Of a DNA stretch of 64,000 bases, positions 8,137 through 19,933 are shown piece by piece. Where the stretch lies: NCBI GenBank assembly GCA_041946805.1, contig JBHGBC010000005.1:36735-100734 (forward strand), read 5' to 3'. The notes beneath the pieces are model-generated. The model was given only the letters and a program-made list of their open reading frames with translations. It was not told where the DNA came from and did no database searches. This stretch comes from a bacterium. Lineage in GTDB: Bacteria > Hinthialibacterota > Hinthialibacteria > Hinthialibacterales > Hinthialibacteraceae. Both the position numbers and the translations under genes were made by a program. Every line of letters starts with the position of its first letter. Position 1 is the first letter of the stretch.

Positions 8137-9672
8137 TCACCTCAACCACAACTTCCGGTCCAACGTGCGGTATTGCACGGCTTCGGAGACGTGCTCGGGG
8201 CGGATGGCCTCGCTGCCCGCCAGGTCGGCGATGGTCCGGGCCACCTTGATCACCCGGTCGTAGGCGCGGGCCGAAAGCCCCAGGCGCTCGAGGCCCGCCC
8301 GCAGCATGTCGCGCGTCACCTCGTCCATGGCGCAAAACCCCTTGAGGTCCTTGGAATTCATGTGCGCGTTGCAGAAGATGGGATGGCCTTCGAACCGGCG
8401 GCGCTGGATTTCACGGGCCATCCGCACCCGCTCCCGGATGACCCGGGACGGTTCGCCCGAGGGCGGCGCGTGGAGGTCGTCGAACGAGACGCTGGGCACC
8501 TCCACGTGGATGTCGATGCGGTCCATCAGCGGGCCGGAGAGTTTGGCGATGTAACTCTGGATCTTGTTGGGCGGGCATTTGCACTCGTGCTGCCCGTCGC
8601 CGAAATACCCGCACGGACAGGGATTGGCGGCGGCCACCAGCATGAAGCGGCTCGGAAAGGTGAGCGAGCCGGACGCGCGGGAAATGGTCACCACCCCGTC
8701 CTCGAGCGGCTGGCGCAGATTCTCCAGCACATTGCGCGAAAACTCGGGCAATTCATCGAGAAACAACACGCCGTGATGCGACAGGCTCACCTCGCCGGGC
8801 CGGGGAAACGCGCCTCCGCCGATCAGCCCCGCGTCGGACACGGAATGATGGGGAGAGCGGAACGGCCGCGTGGCGATCAGCGCCCGGTCCTTCGGCAGCG
8901 AGCCGTGGATGCTGTGGATCTTGGTGGTCTCCAGCGCCTCCTCGAAGGTCATGGGCGGCAGGATGGTGGGAAACCGCTTGGCCAGCATGGTCTTGCCGGA
9001 ACCGGGCGGGCCGATCATGATCACGTTGTGCCCCCCGGCGGCCGCGACCTCGATGGCCCGCTTGACATGCTCCTGGCCTTTGACGTCGGCGAAGTCGGAC
9101 TCGTATTCGCCCGCTTCCTCGAAAAGCGAACTCACGTTGATCTCCAACGGAGCGTGATGGTCGGATCCGGACAGGATTTCCACCGCCTGGTTCAACGTCT
9201 CGACCGGATAAACCTGGAGGCCCTCGACCACCGCCGCCTCCCGGGCGTTGGGCGCGGGCAGCAGAAACTTCTCCAGCCCGTTTTCCCGGGCGGCCATCGC
9301 CACCGGCAAGGCCCCGCGGATCGGCCGCAGCGTGCCGTCCAACGCCAACTCCCCCAGCAAGACCACCTTGTTCAGGCTCTCGGGGGGAACCAGCCCCATG
9401 GCCGCGATGAACGCGATGGAAATGGGCAAATCGAGCGCCGAGCCTTCCTTGGGTATGTCGGCCGGGGCCAGGTTGATGGTCATGCGCTTGGGGGGATAGG
9501 GGAATCCGCAATTCACGAGCGCCGAGCGCACCCGCTCCTTGCTTTCCTTGATGGCGGCGTCGGGAAGGCCGACGATGGTCAGACCCGGCTGTCCGGGTAT
9601 CATGTCCAGCTCGACTTCCATGATATACGCCTCGATCCCGATGGTGGCGCTGGAAAGGATCTTCACGTACAT
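8137..9672 (-). CDS. comM: YifB/ComM Mg-chelatase-like AAA+ ATPase
   Basis: IVGLPDAAIKES, INLAPAD, Walker A GPPGSGKT, RPFRSPHH, FLDELPEF, NPCPCG, LSARAYDR. Confidence 0.93.
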   Translation of the reverse strand: MYVKILSSATIGIEAYIMEVELDMIPGQPGLTIVGLPDAAIKESKERVRSALVNCGFPYPPKRMTINLAPADIPKEGSALDLPISIAFIAAMGLVPPESLNKVVLLGELALDGTLRPIRGALPVAMAARENGLEKFLLPAPNAREAAVVEGLQVYPVETLNQAVEILSGSDHHAPLEINVSSLFEEAGEYESDFADVKGQEHVKRAIEVAAAGGHNVIMIGPPGSGKTMLAKRFPTILPPMTFEEALETTKIHSIHGSLPKDRALIATRPFRSPHHSVSDAGLIGGGAFPRPGEVSLSHHGVLFLDELPEFSRNVLENLRQPLEDGVVTISRASGSLTFPSRFMLVAAANPCPCGYFGDGQHECKCPPNKIQSYIAKLSGPLMDRIDIHVEVPSVSFDDLHAPPSGEPSRVIRERVRMAREIQRRRFEGHPIFCNAHMNSKDLKGFCAMDEVTRDMLRAGLERLGLSARAYDRVIKVARTIADLAGSEAIRPEHVSEAVQYRTLDRKLWLR

Positions 9673-9923
9673 GCTTGAATATCCCTGGGAAAGAGGGTTG
9701 GCGGTCTCACGCGCCCGGCCGTTAAAAATTTACCATAAAACACTCCAGGCCGTCAATCAGGCTATAAAACGGGACATCCATCCCGGAGGAAAAATCCCCC
9801 CGTGAAACGCGCCAAATCCGGGATTAGGGCTTTTCATCGCCGGTGGAAAAACGTACCCTGTTAAAACTTATCCATCCATCGGCCGGTCATTCGACTCGGA
9901 GGATGTGGGACGCGGGTACCTCT

Positions 9924-11471
9924 ATGATAATCTCGGGCCTGACTTGGATCGATTACCTGACCATGGCGGTCTACACGGTGGCCACCCTGTGGCTGGGACT
10001 GTACATGGGGAGAAATATCTACACCGTCAAGGATTACTTCCTCTCGAACCGCCGCCTTCCCTGGTGGGCGGTGGGCATGTCCATGGTGGTGACGGACATC
10101 GGGGCGGTGGACATCATCGGCATCGCGGGATCGGCCTACCTGTACGGGATCGTACTGGGGAATTACGACTGGCTGGGCAGCGTGCCGGTGATGGTGATCT
10201 GCGGCTTCGTGTTCATCCCCTACTTCTGGCGCTCCGAAGTCTACACCATCCCCGAATTCCTGGGCCGGCGGTTCAATGACGGCGTGCGGACGGTCACGGC
10301 GCTGGTGTGGGGGATTTTCCTGGCCGCGAACCTGGGGATCACCCTCTACGCCACGGCGGTCATGCTCAAGGCGATGCTGGGCTGGTCCGAAATGTTCTCG
10401 ATCGTGGTCTCCGCCATGATCGTCGGCGTCTACACCCTGGCCGGCGGCCTCACCGCGGTGGTGTACACGGACGCCCTGCAGTGCGTGGTCATGATCGGCG
10501 GCTGCTCGTTGGTGCTGGTCATCGGCCTCATCCGGGTGGGAGGATTCCACGCCCTCGCCGACCAGATCTATCAACTGGGGCCGGAATTCCAGAATCATTT
10601 CTCCCTGGTCCTGCCCGTCGACACGCCGACCCCCCACCCGTGGTCGGGCATCCTGCTCGGCCTGGGCATGGTCTTGGCGCCGGCTTACTGGTTCGGCAAC
10701 CAGTCGATCCTGCAACGCTGCTTCGGCGCGCGCAGCGAGTTCGAGGCCAAGGCCTCCTTCATGTGGGGGGCGTTCCTCAAGACCTTGATTCCGTTCATCA
10801 TGGTGGTCCCGGGACTGATCGCCCTGGCGCATAACCCCGCGCACCTGACCGAGGACCAGGCCGACAGCGTCCTGCCCGCGCTCATCCGCGACATCCTTCC
10901 GCCAGGACTGCTGGGAGTCTTTTTCGCCGCGTTCCTGGCCGCCCTGATGTCCAACTTCTCCTCCTGCCTCAATTCAGCAGCCACCCTCTGGACCAAGGAC
11001 ATTTACGAGCGCTTCATTCTCAGCGGCCGCAGCGAACGCCATTACCTCATCGTGGGACGGGTGGCCACCGTTCTGTGCACCATCTTCGGGGCCTGGTACG
11101 CCATTTGGATCTTCGGCAAGTCGGCCAGCATCTATAATGTCATCCAAACCATGCTCTCCCTCTTCCAGGGGCCGAGCCTGGTCCTGATCCTTACCGGCGT
11201 CCTCTGGTGGCGCACGACCGGCGTCGGGGCCTTCGTGGGCCTCGTCGCCGGCCTTTGCTGTTCCACGGGACTGTTCCTGGTCAACGTCTACGCCTCCGAG
11301 CCGCTGTTCAAAATCCAGGAACCGTTTTTATACATCGCCCTCTGGTCGTTCTTGTTCTCCCTGGGGGTGACGGTGGTGGTCAGCCTGCTGACCCCGCCGG
11401 AACCGGAAGAAAAACTGGCTGGACTGGTCTACGGTTACAAGAGGAGGAACCCGAATGCAAACGCTGGCTGA
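9924..11471 (+). CDS. Sodium:solute symporter (SSS/SLC5) family transporter
   Basis: DYFLSNRRLPWWAVG, TIPEFLGRRF, YTLAGGLTAVVYTD, NQSILQR, AALMS motifs; many TM helices. Start could be 9903. Confidence 0.92.
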   Translation: MIISGLTWIDYLTMAVYTVATLWLGLYMGRNIYTVKDYFLSNRRLPWWAVGMSMVVTDIGAVDIIGIAGSAYLYGIVLGNYDWLGSVPVMVICGFVFIPYFWRSEVYTIPEFLGRRFNDGVRTVTALVWGIFLAANLGITLYATAVMLKAMLGWSEMFSIVVSAMIVGVYTLAGGLTAVVYTDALQCVVMIGGCSLVLVIGLIRVGGFHALADQIYQLGPEFQNHFSLVLPVDTPTPHPWSGILLGLGMVLAPAYWFGNQSILQRCFGARSEFEAKASFMWGAFLKTLIPFIMVVPGLIALAHNPAHLTEDQADSVLPALIRDILPPGLLGVFFAAFLAALMSNFSSCLNSAATLWTKDIYERFILSGRSERHYLIVGRVATVLCTIFGAWYAIWIFGKSASIYNVIQTMLSLFQGPSLVLILTGVLWWRTTGVGAFVGLVAGLCCSTGLFLVNVYASEPLFKIQEPFLYIALWSFLFSLGVTVVVSLLTPPEPEEKLAGLVYGYKRRNPNANAG

Positions 11472-11712
11472 CGCGATCGCCGCGGTCCTGCGGATTCCCG
11501 GGGAAGCGCTGCGGCAATGGATGATGATGATCCCCCTCGAAGTGGCCCGGGGATTGTTCCTGCTGTATTACACGATTTTGCTGGTGTGGGTGTTGACGAT
11601 GAACAAATCGGAGGTCGTGGGAACCCTCGAAGGACGGACCAAACCCCTCAACCTGCGCCCCTACGCCGCGGGCGCCATCCTCCTGCAGATTCTCATTTAC
11701 TATATATTCTAG
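11455..11712 (+). CDS. Small 2-TM membrane protein coupled to the SSS transporter
   Basis: GAGGAGG RBS inside the SSS 3' end, 17-nt overlap, two hydrophobic helices. Confidence 0.75.
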   Translation: MQTLADAIAAVLRIPGEALRQWMMMIPLEVARGLFLLYYTILLVWVLTMNKSEVVGTLEGRTKPLNLRPYAAGAILLQILIYYIF

Positions 11713-12528
11713 GACCTGCCGTGTTTTCGGATTGTGCGATTTACTGAAACTTGGAACCGCCTTTCCTGGGCTTCCCTCACCCTGCCCCTCTCCCAGAGGG
11801 AGAGGGAATCGTTCCGTGATCCCCTTTATGTTCATTCTACGAATAAAACAGGAAGAAAGATCCGCCTTCGGATAAATATTCCGAAATGCTTTTACGAGAT
11901 CCGGACTTGGAGATATACATCCGCCCTCTGGGTGAGGGAGCGCCCGGCAAGGGCGCAACGGTCAGTCCGGGGCGCCGCCCCGGGAACGATCCTCTCCGGA
12001 TTCCAATTGGTCCAGCGTGAAGTACCGTGAACTGGCGACATAACGTTCCTCCACGGGCTTCACCACCACCCGGTCCACCATGTATTCCTTGAATCGCTCG
12101 GCGAACCACGGACAGCGGCCGGCGGTGATCATCACCAACCGCAACGCGATCAACTTGAGAGAGGTCATGTACATCGGCGATCTCCCCGGCGGATCCAATC
12201 CCGCGATTCCGTTCCGGATCGAGGCCCCCGGATCGGCTTCGATCTTCTCCTGATATCGAATCCCCATTAAAATCCCAAGGGTACAAATTGAGAATAGCCT
12301 ATTCCTCCCCCCGGCCGGAGCCCCGCCGGGGCGTTACCTAATTTAGCCAGGGGTACACCCCGGGCGCGTCTCCACGCCCCTGGAAGCGTTAATTCCTCAC
12401 ATAAAGGCGGCTCACGAACAGGGATTTCATTCTCACGCGGGAATGTGGAAGGATTGTTCGTGAACCGCCGATTATGTATCAAAACCAATCCGCCGCCGGG
12501 CAATCACGCCTCCCCGGCCACGCGGCTC

Positions 12529-13224
12529 TTATTCTTTCTTCTCCACGGCATGGGACTTCAGCACGCTGGTTCCCTTCAAGGGATCCCGCGGCCCCTCCCC
12601 GCCCGCGGGCGGGGTGAAATCGAAGGTCTCCTTCACGAATCCATTCACGTCCGGGTGATACCAGTACGTTTCGGTCATCTTGAACGACCTTTCGCCCTGG
12701 TCGGTGTTGAACGTCATGGTCATGACCACCTGCACCTGGACGGCGTTCTTGAATTCCCCCGCGGGAACCGTGACGGTTTCGTCGGCCAGCCGCTTCGCCA
12801 CATACTGGATTTTGGAAGTGTTATCCCCCATGGTGGTCTCCGTCTCCACCTTCTTTTCTTCTCCGGGCTTGAGGCCGCTCCAATCCACGGGAATCGCGGG
12901 TTTGAAGCTAATGGTGAAATTCTCACCCATTTCGGTCTTGTCTGAGCTCTTGGCCGCGTCCAGGTACCAAACTGCGGCGGGACCTTCGCCGGTTCCCCAT
13001 TTTTCCTCGAGCAGCCAACGCTTCTCCGCGCCTTCGCCCTGGATGGAGAGGATCTTGCGGGTTCGGACGGTATCCTGGTTCTGGTCCGGCGGCGAGAAAG
13101 GACGGAATCCCTGATGCTCGTACACCCACGTCTCACCCACGGCCCAATCCTTCGCCGCGGCGTCCCAAACCGGAGCCAGCCCGATCAATCCGATCAGCCC
13201 AATCCCAATCAATACGCTTTTCAT
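12529..13224 (-). CDS. Exported hypothetical protein (ETVTVPAGxF motif; TapB/DUF3108-like)
   Basis: Signal peptide MKSVLIGIGLIGLIGL...AAA|K; ETVTVPAGEF and YWYHPDVNGFVK segments; GGGGAG RBS. Confidence 0.75.
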   Translation of the reverse strand: MKSVLIGIGLIGLIGLAPVWDAAAKDWAVGETWVYEHQGFRPFSPPDQNQDTVRTRKILSIQGEGAEKRWLLEEKWGTGEGPAAVWYLDAAKSSDKTEMGENFTISFKPAIPVDWSGLKPGEEKKVETETTMGDNTSKIQYVAKRLADETVTVPAGEFKNAVQVQVVMTMTFNTDQGERSFKMTETYWYHPDVNGFVKETFDFTPPAGGEGPRDPLKGTSVLKSHAVEKKE

Positions 13225-13553
13225 AATGGAACTCCCCAATTAGAATAGGTTGTTAAAAGACTTTCCCACGCCTGGAAAAAAGAAAAACCATATTCACTTA
13301 TTTGTCCCCCGGACCGCCGCGATTGTTCAAATGAAGATGAAATATTTGCGGCTCAGCCGGCCATTGCGTATTTTTCTCCAGTGGCTGGACTGCCTCTCTT
13401 CGAGGCGGCCGATGAGACCCAACTCCAAAATCCCCTCTCCCTTTGTGGGCGAGGGCCGGCGGCAAGGGCCAACCATTGTGATGCAGGTTGCGTTTATTGT
13501 GATGCAGGCATTCTGCCTGCCTCCTCCACCCACACTTTCCATCAGCGCCCCTT

Positions 13554-14366
13554 TCAAGGGACAACACCCCCGGGGGCTTCCCTGGAACACTTCTCCACCA
13601 GATTGGTTTTAATCCAATCCGCCACCGCCGCGGTCATGGCCGGGATGTACGCGTGTCCGGCCCCGGGCAACATGATGTACGCCAGGCGGCTGGCGGCTCC
13701 CGCGGCTTCATAATCCGGCAACAGGCGTTCGTACAACTCGCTGGCGTAACGGGGGTTGGCGCGCGTGTCTTTCTCGCCGGTGATGAACAAGAGGGGCTTG
13801 GGGGCGATGCCGGACGTGAAATGGATGGGATCGTACTGCTCGACCGCCGCTTTGCCCTGCAAGCGGCGGAATTCCAATAGATCGGTGATCCGGCAGACCG
13901 GCAGCAGGGCGATGCCGCCGAGCACGCGGGGTTCCTGATGCAGGGCGTAAAAGACACTCAAGGCCCCCCAGGAGATCCCGGCCACCGCGATGGCCTCCGG
14001 CGGCGCGATTTTTTTCTCGGCGGTGAACTCGACGATTTTCGCGATGTCCTCCATCGCCCCGGCGAAGGGATTCAACGTGCGGTGGGCGATGACCCGCAAC
14101 AGGTTTTGCGCGGCGGGCTGCGTCTTGTTTTCCCGCCGTTCCCCATGGCCGCGCAACTCCACGGAGAGCAGATTGCACTCCAGACGCTGCAGCGCCTCGG
14201 CGAGCTCCTGATACCGCCCTTGGAAGACCTGGCTGCGGGATCCATTCAGGCCGTGAAAGAAAATGACGGTGGGCAGGGGCCGGAACTCTTCGGTGGGCCG
14301 GGACAACAGACCGGCAACGGGGGGATTGACGCCACGGATAATGATGGGATAAAGGTGCAGGCCCAT
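13554..14366 (-). CDS. Alpha/beta hydrolase (esterase/S9-like)
   Basis: FFHGLNG, ELRGHGER, nucleophile GISWG, GEKD, GAGH triad motifs. Confidence 0.85.
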   Translation of the reverse strand: MGLHLYPIIIRGVNPPVAGLLSRPTEEFRPLPTVIFFHGLNGSRSQVFQGRYQELAEALQRLECNLLSVELRGHGERRENKTQPAAQNLLRVIAHRTLNPFAGAMEDIAKIVEFTAEKKIAPPEAIAVAGISWGALSVFYALHQEPRVLGGIALLPVCRITDLLEFRRLQGKAAVEQYDPIHFTSGIAPKPLLFITGEKDTRANPRYASELYERLLPDYEAAGAASRLAYIMLPGAGHAYIPAMTAAVADWIKTNLVEKCSREAPGGVVP

Positions 14367-14527
14367 ACCGTTTTCCCGCGGACTTCCCCGGTGGTGCCGC
14401 CGCCCGTGCCCCGGAGTCATCCCGGAGGGTCGATGCCGGATGGCTTGGATTCACCGGAAGCCCCTTGTGAAGCCCCCGGTTTGGTATTACTACTTCATGC
14501 AACACCATTATGCACACGGGAAGGGTG

Positions 14528-15683
14528 ATGTCTATGTACGAGGAAATTATTTCCAGCCGGGAAGCGCTGCAATCACACCTCGAAGAGCTTGGGAGGTATC
14601 TTTGACCTGGAAGGCAAAAAACGGACCGTCGCCCGCCTGGAAGAAGAGATGAACGCCCCCGGATTTTGGGACCAGCCCAAAATCGCGCAGGAGCACGGCA
14701 AACAGATCAAGCAACTCAAAAGCCTGATCGATCCCTTCGAAAACCTCCACTCCCGCATTCTCGACCTGGAGATGCTCGTGGACATGGCCCGCGAGGAACG
14801 GGAATCCCAGCACGAAGAGGAATTCCAGCAAGAACTGGCCTTGCTCCAACACGATCTGGAGGCGTTCGAGGTGCACTGCACCCTGAGCGGCGAGCACGAT
14901 CCCGGCAACTGCTTCGTGAATATCCACCCCGGCGCCGGCGGCACGGAATCGTGCGACTGGGCCTCCATGCTCTTCCGCATGTACCTGCGCTTCATCGAAC
15001 GGCGGGGATGGCGCGCGGAGGTGGTTGATTACCAGGAAGGCGAGGAAGCCGGCCTCAAAAACGCCACCATCCAGGTGAAGGGCGAATACGCCTTCGGATA
15101 CCTGCGGGCGGAAAAGGGGATCCACCGGCTGGTCCGCATTTCCCCCTTTGATTCCAACAAACGCCGGCACACCTCGTTCGCGGCGGTGCACGTCATGCCC
15201 GAACTGGACGACACCATCCAGGTGGACATCGACGAAAAAGATCTGCGCATCGACACCTTCCGCTCGTCCGGCAAGGGCGGCCAACACGTCAACACCACCG
15301 ACTCCGCCATCCGCATCACCCACCTGCCCACCCGCATCGTGGTCTCCTGCCAGAACGAGCGTTCCCAGCGGCAAAACAAGGAGACCGCCATGAAGATCCT
15401 CGCCTCGCGCCTCTACGAACTGATGCAGCAGGAACAGGCGGATAAGGTGGAGGAACTCTCCGGCGAAAAGCGGGACATCGCCTGGGGCAACCAGATCCGC
15501 TCCTACGTCTTCCACCCCTACAACCTCATCAAGGACCACCGCACGGGCTACGAACGGGGTGACGTGATGACCGTGATGGACGGCGATCTCGATGATTACA
15601 TCGCCGCCTACCTGCGCTACTCCCTGCGCGAGGGCGAAGCTCCGGCCGAAACGGGCCCCAGCCGCCTCGAGGAGGAGCTGTAG
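14528..15683 (+). CDS. prfB: Peptide chain release factor 2, translated via +1 programmed frameshift
   Basis: Frame 0 [25 protein letters not shown] ends at CTT-TGA-C (14600-14606); the +1 frame has SPF, GGQ and WGNQIRSYV motifs. Confidence 0.97.
14591..14606 (+). promoter_or_regulatory. prfB autoregulatory frameshift cassette
   Basis: GGGAGG-TAT-CTT-TGA-C: internal Shine-Dalgarno plus slippery CTT TGA. Confidence 0.95.
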
Positions 15684-15948
15684 GGAACGGCGAAATGCAA
15701 TTCAGGTCCACATTGATTTCTCCCCCGAAGATCGAGGGAGGTTCGGAGGGGGTTGAAAATGTAGGGAGGATTACGCCCCGCGTAATCCTCCACCGATAAC
15801 TTCCCTCTGCCGCTCCCCTGGTGGGAGAGTGGCCAAGGAGTGGGAGTAAATCCCACCTCTTCCGGCTCCTCCTGATTCAGACCAACAACGAAGCGGCGCC
15901 TCCCGGCGCCGCTTTCCTGAATCACGGAAATTCGAAATCCAACCCGCC

Positions 15949-18410
<2,462 letters not shown>

Positions 18411-18650
18411 AATGACAAAACGCTCCTCTTCTGGGTGGAGTTCCTCTCCGGTTTGCATACGAAAACCCGCGCGTCCCGGATAAAAATACCGCATGTCCGT
18501 CCGGGAGGGCGGGGTTAAAAAGCGTCTGGAACCAAGCGAACGGCCGGGAAAAACCGAGTACATGATGCCGTCATGCGGCGTCCGGGTAAAGGTGCTCCTC
18601 CCGCCTCACGGGGAACGGACCGCCGGAACGGGCGGGAGGTTGCGGCGCGG

Positions 18651-19484
18651 TTACACCGCCGGATTTCCAGACGGGAATTCCGCCTCCCCGGATTGGATTT
18701 TCCGTTCGAGCGCCATCAGCCGGGCGACGAATTCCGGCAGCTTCTGGAGGTATTCGGTGAAAACCGCGTAGTCGGACTCTTCCATGGCCGGTATGCCCCG
18801 GATCTTCGCGCCGTCGGCGACATCCTTGCTGACGCCGGAGCCGTTTCCCACATCCGCGTGGTCGCCGATGCGGATATGGCCCACCATGCCCACGCCACGG
18901 CCGATGACGGCGTGATTGCCGATCTTGCTGCTGCCGCAGATGCCCACGCTGTCGCCCACGCGGGTCTCTTCCCCGATGACGGCGTTGTGGCCCACCTGCG
19001 TGAGCGCGCCCACCCGCGAGCCCCGGCCCACCACGGTATGCCCCAGCGTGGCCCGGTCGATGGTGGCGTTCGCGCCGATCTGAACGTCATCCTCGATGAT
19101 CACGTTCCCCACCTGGGGAACCTTGTAATTGACTCCGTCTTCCTTCTTGGCGTACCCGAAACCGTCACTGCCGATCACCACGCCCGAACTGATCAGAACC
19201 CGGTGGCCGACGACGGTTTTTTCCCGCAAGGTGACGAGTGGCATCAAAACCGTCTGCGAGCCGATGGAACAATCCTCACCGATGTAACATCCAGGGTGGA
19301 TCTCCGTGTAACTCCCGATCCGCGTGCCCCGCTCGATGACGACATGGGCGTGAATCTTCACACCTTCCCCCAAGGTAACACTCGGATCGATCACCACGGA
19401 GGGATGAATCTGGATTTCTTCGCCGGACTGGGAAGGTTGTAACGCGGAGCCCCCCATTTTCGCGGTAGGTGCCACTGGTTTCAT
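18651..19484 (-). CDS. LpxD-like hexapeptide-repeat acyltransferase lacking the N-terminal domain
   Basis: [39 protein letters not shown]-terminal helix; GGGAG RBS before MKPVAP. Confidence 0.8.
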   Translation of the reverse strand: MKPVAPTAKMGGSALQPSQSGEEIQIHPSVVIDPSVTLGEGVKIHAHVVIERGTRIGSYTEIHPGCYIGEDCSIGSQTVLMPLVTLREKTVVGHRVLISSGVVIGSDGFGYAKKEDGVNYKVPQVGNVIIEDDVQIGANATIDRATLGHTVVGRGSRVGALTQVGHNAVIGEETRVGDSVGICGSSKIGNHAVIGRGVGMVGHIRIGDHADVGNGSGVSKDVADGAKIRGIPAMEESDYAVFTEYLQKLPEFVARLMALERKIQSGEAEFPSGNPAV

Positions 19485-19933
19485 CGGTGGTAACTCCCTG
19501 TTTCGTTCTCCTGCCAGGATCAAACCATCCTCAAACCATGATCGGCGATGGTACGCGGGTGACTTTCATTGCCCGCTTCCTTGCCCGGGATGATGGCTTC
19601 CGGGGGGAAGATCCGGCATCCCAGTGGATACTGGTCCGCCCCTCGCGGGCTCATTGGATTTTGATACCCAGCTTCTCCTCAATATCAGAACACAATGATC
19701 ACATCGATTCGTACTTCGCGCGTCCAACTTCATTCTTTTTGTAAATATTAAATCACATAATCCCTTAAGAATCAACAAAATATTTTCTCTCGCGCCCGCA
19801 AGGCCGGGAGAGGACGCGCGGCTCTCCACCCACACGGAACCGGCCCGTTCAAAATAATCATCTTACCTGCCCCTCCGCCTTCTGGAAAGAGGAGGGACCG
19901 GATTGTACACGGGTTGCCGGCCACGCGCGGATA

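Noticed and set aside
18411..18430. SAH riboswitch (GAGGAGCG string before metK)
   Set aside because: The string is positioned as the RBS; the downstream SAH core elements are absent.
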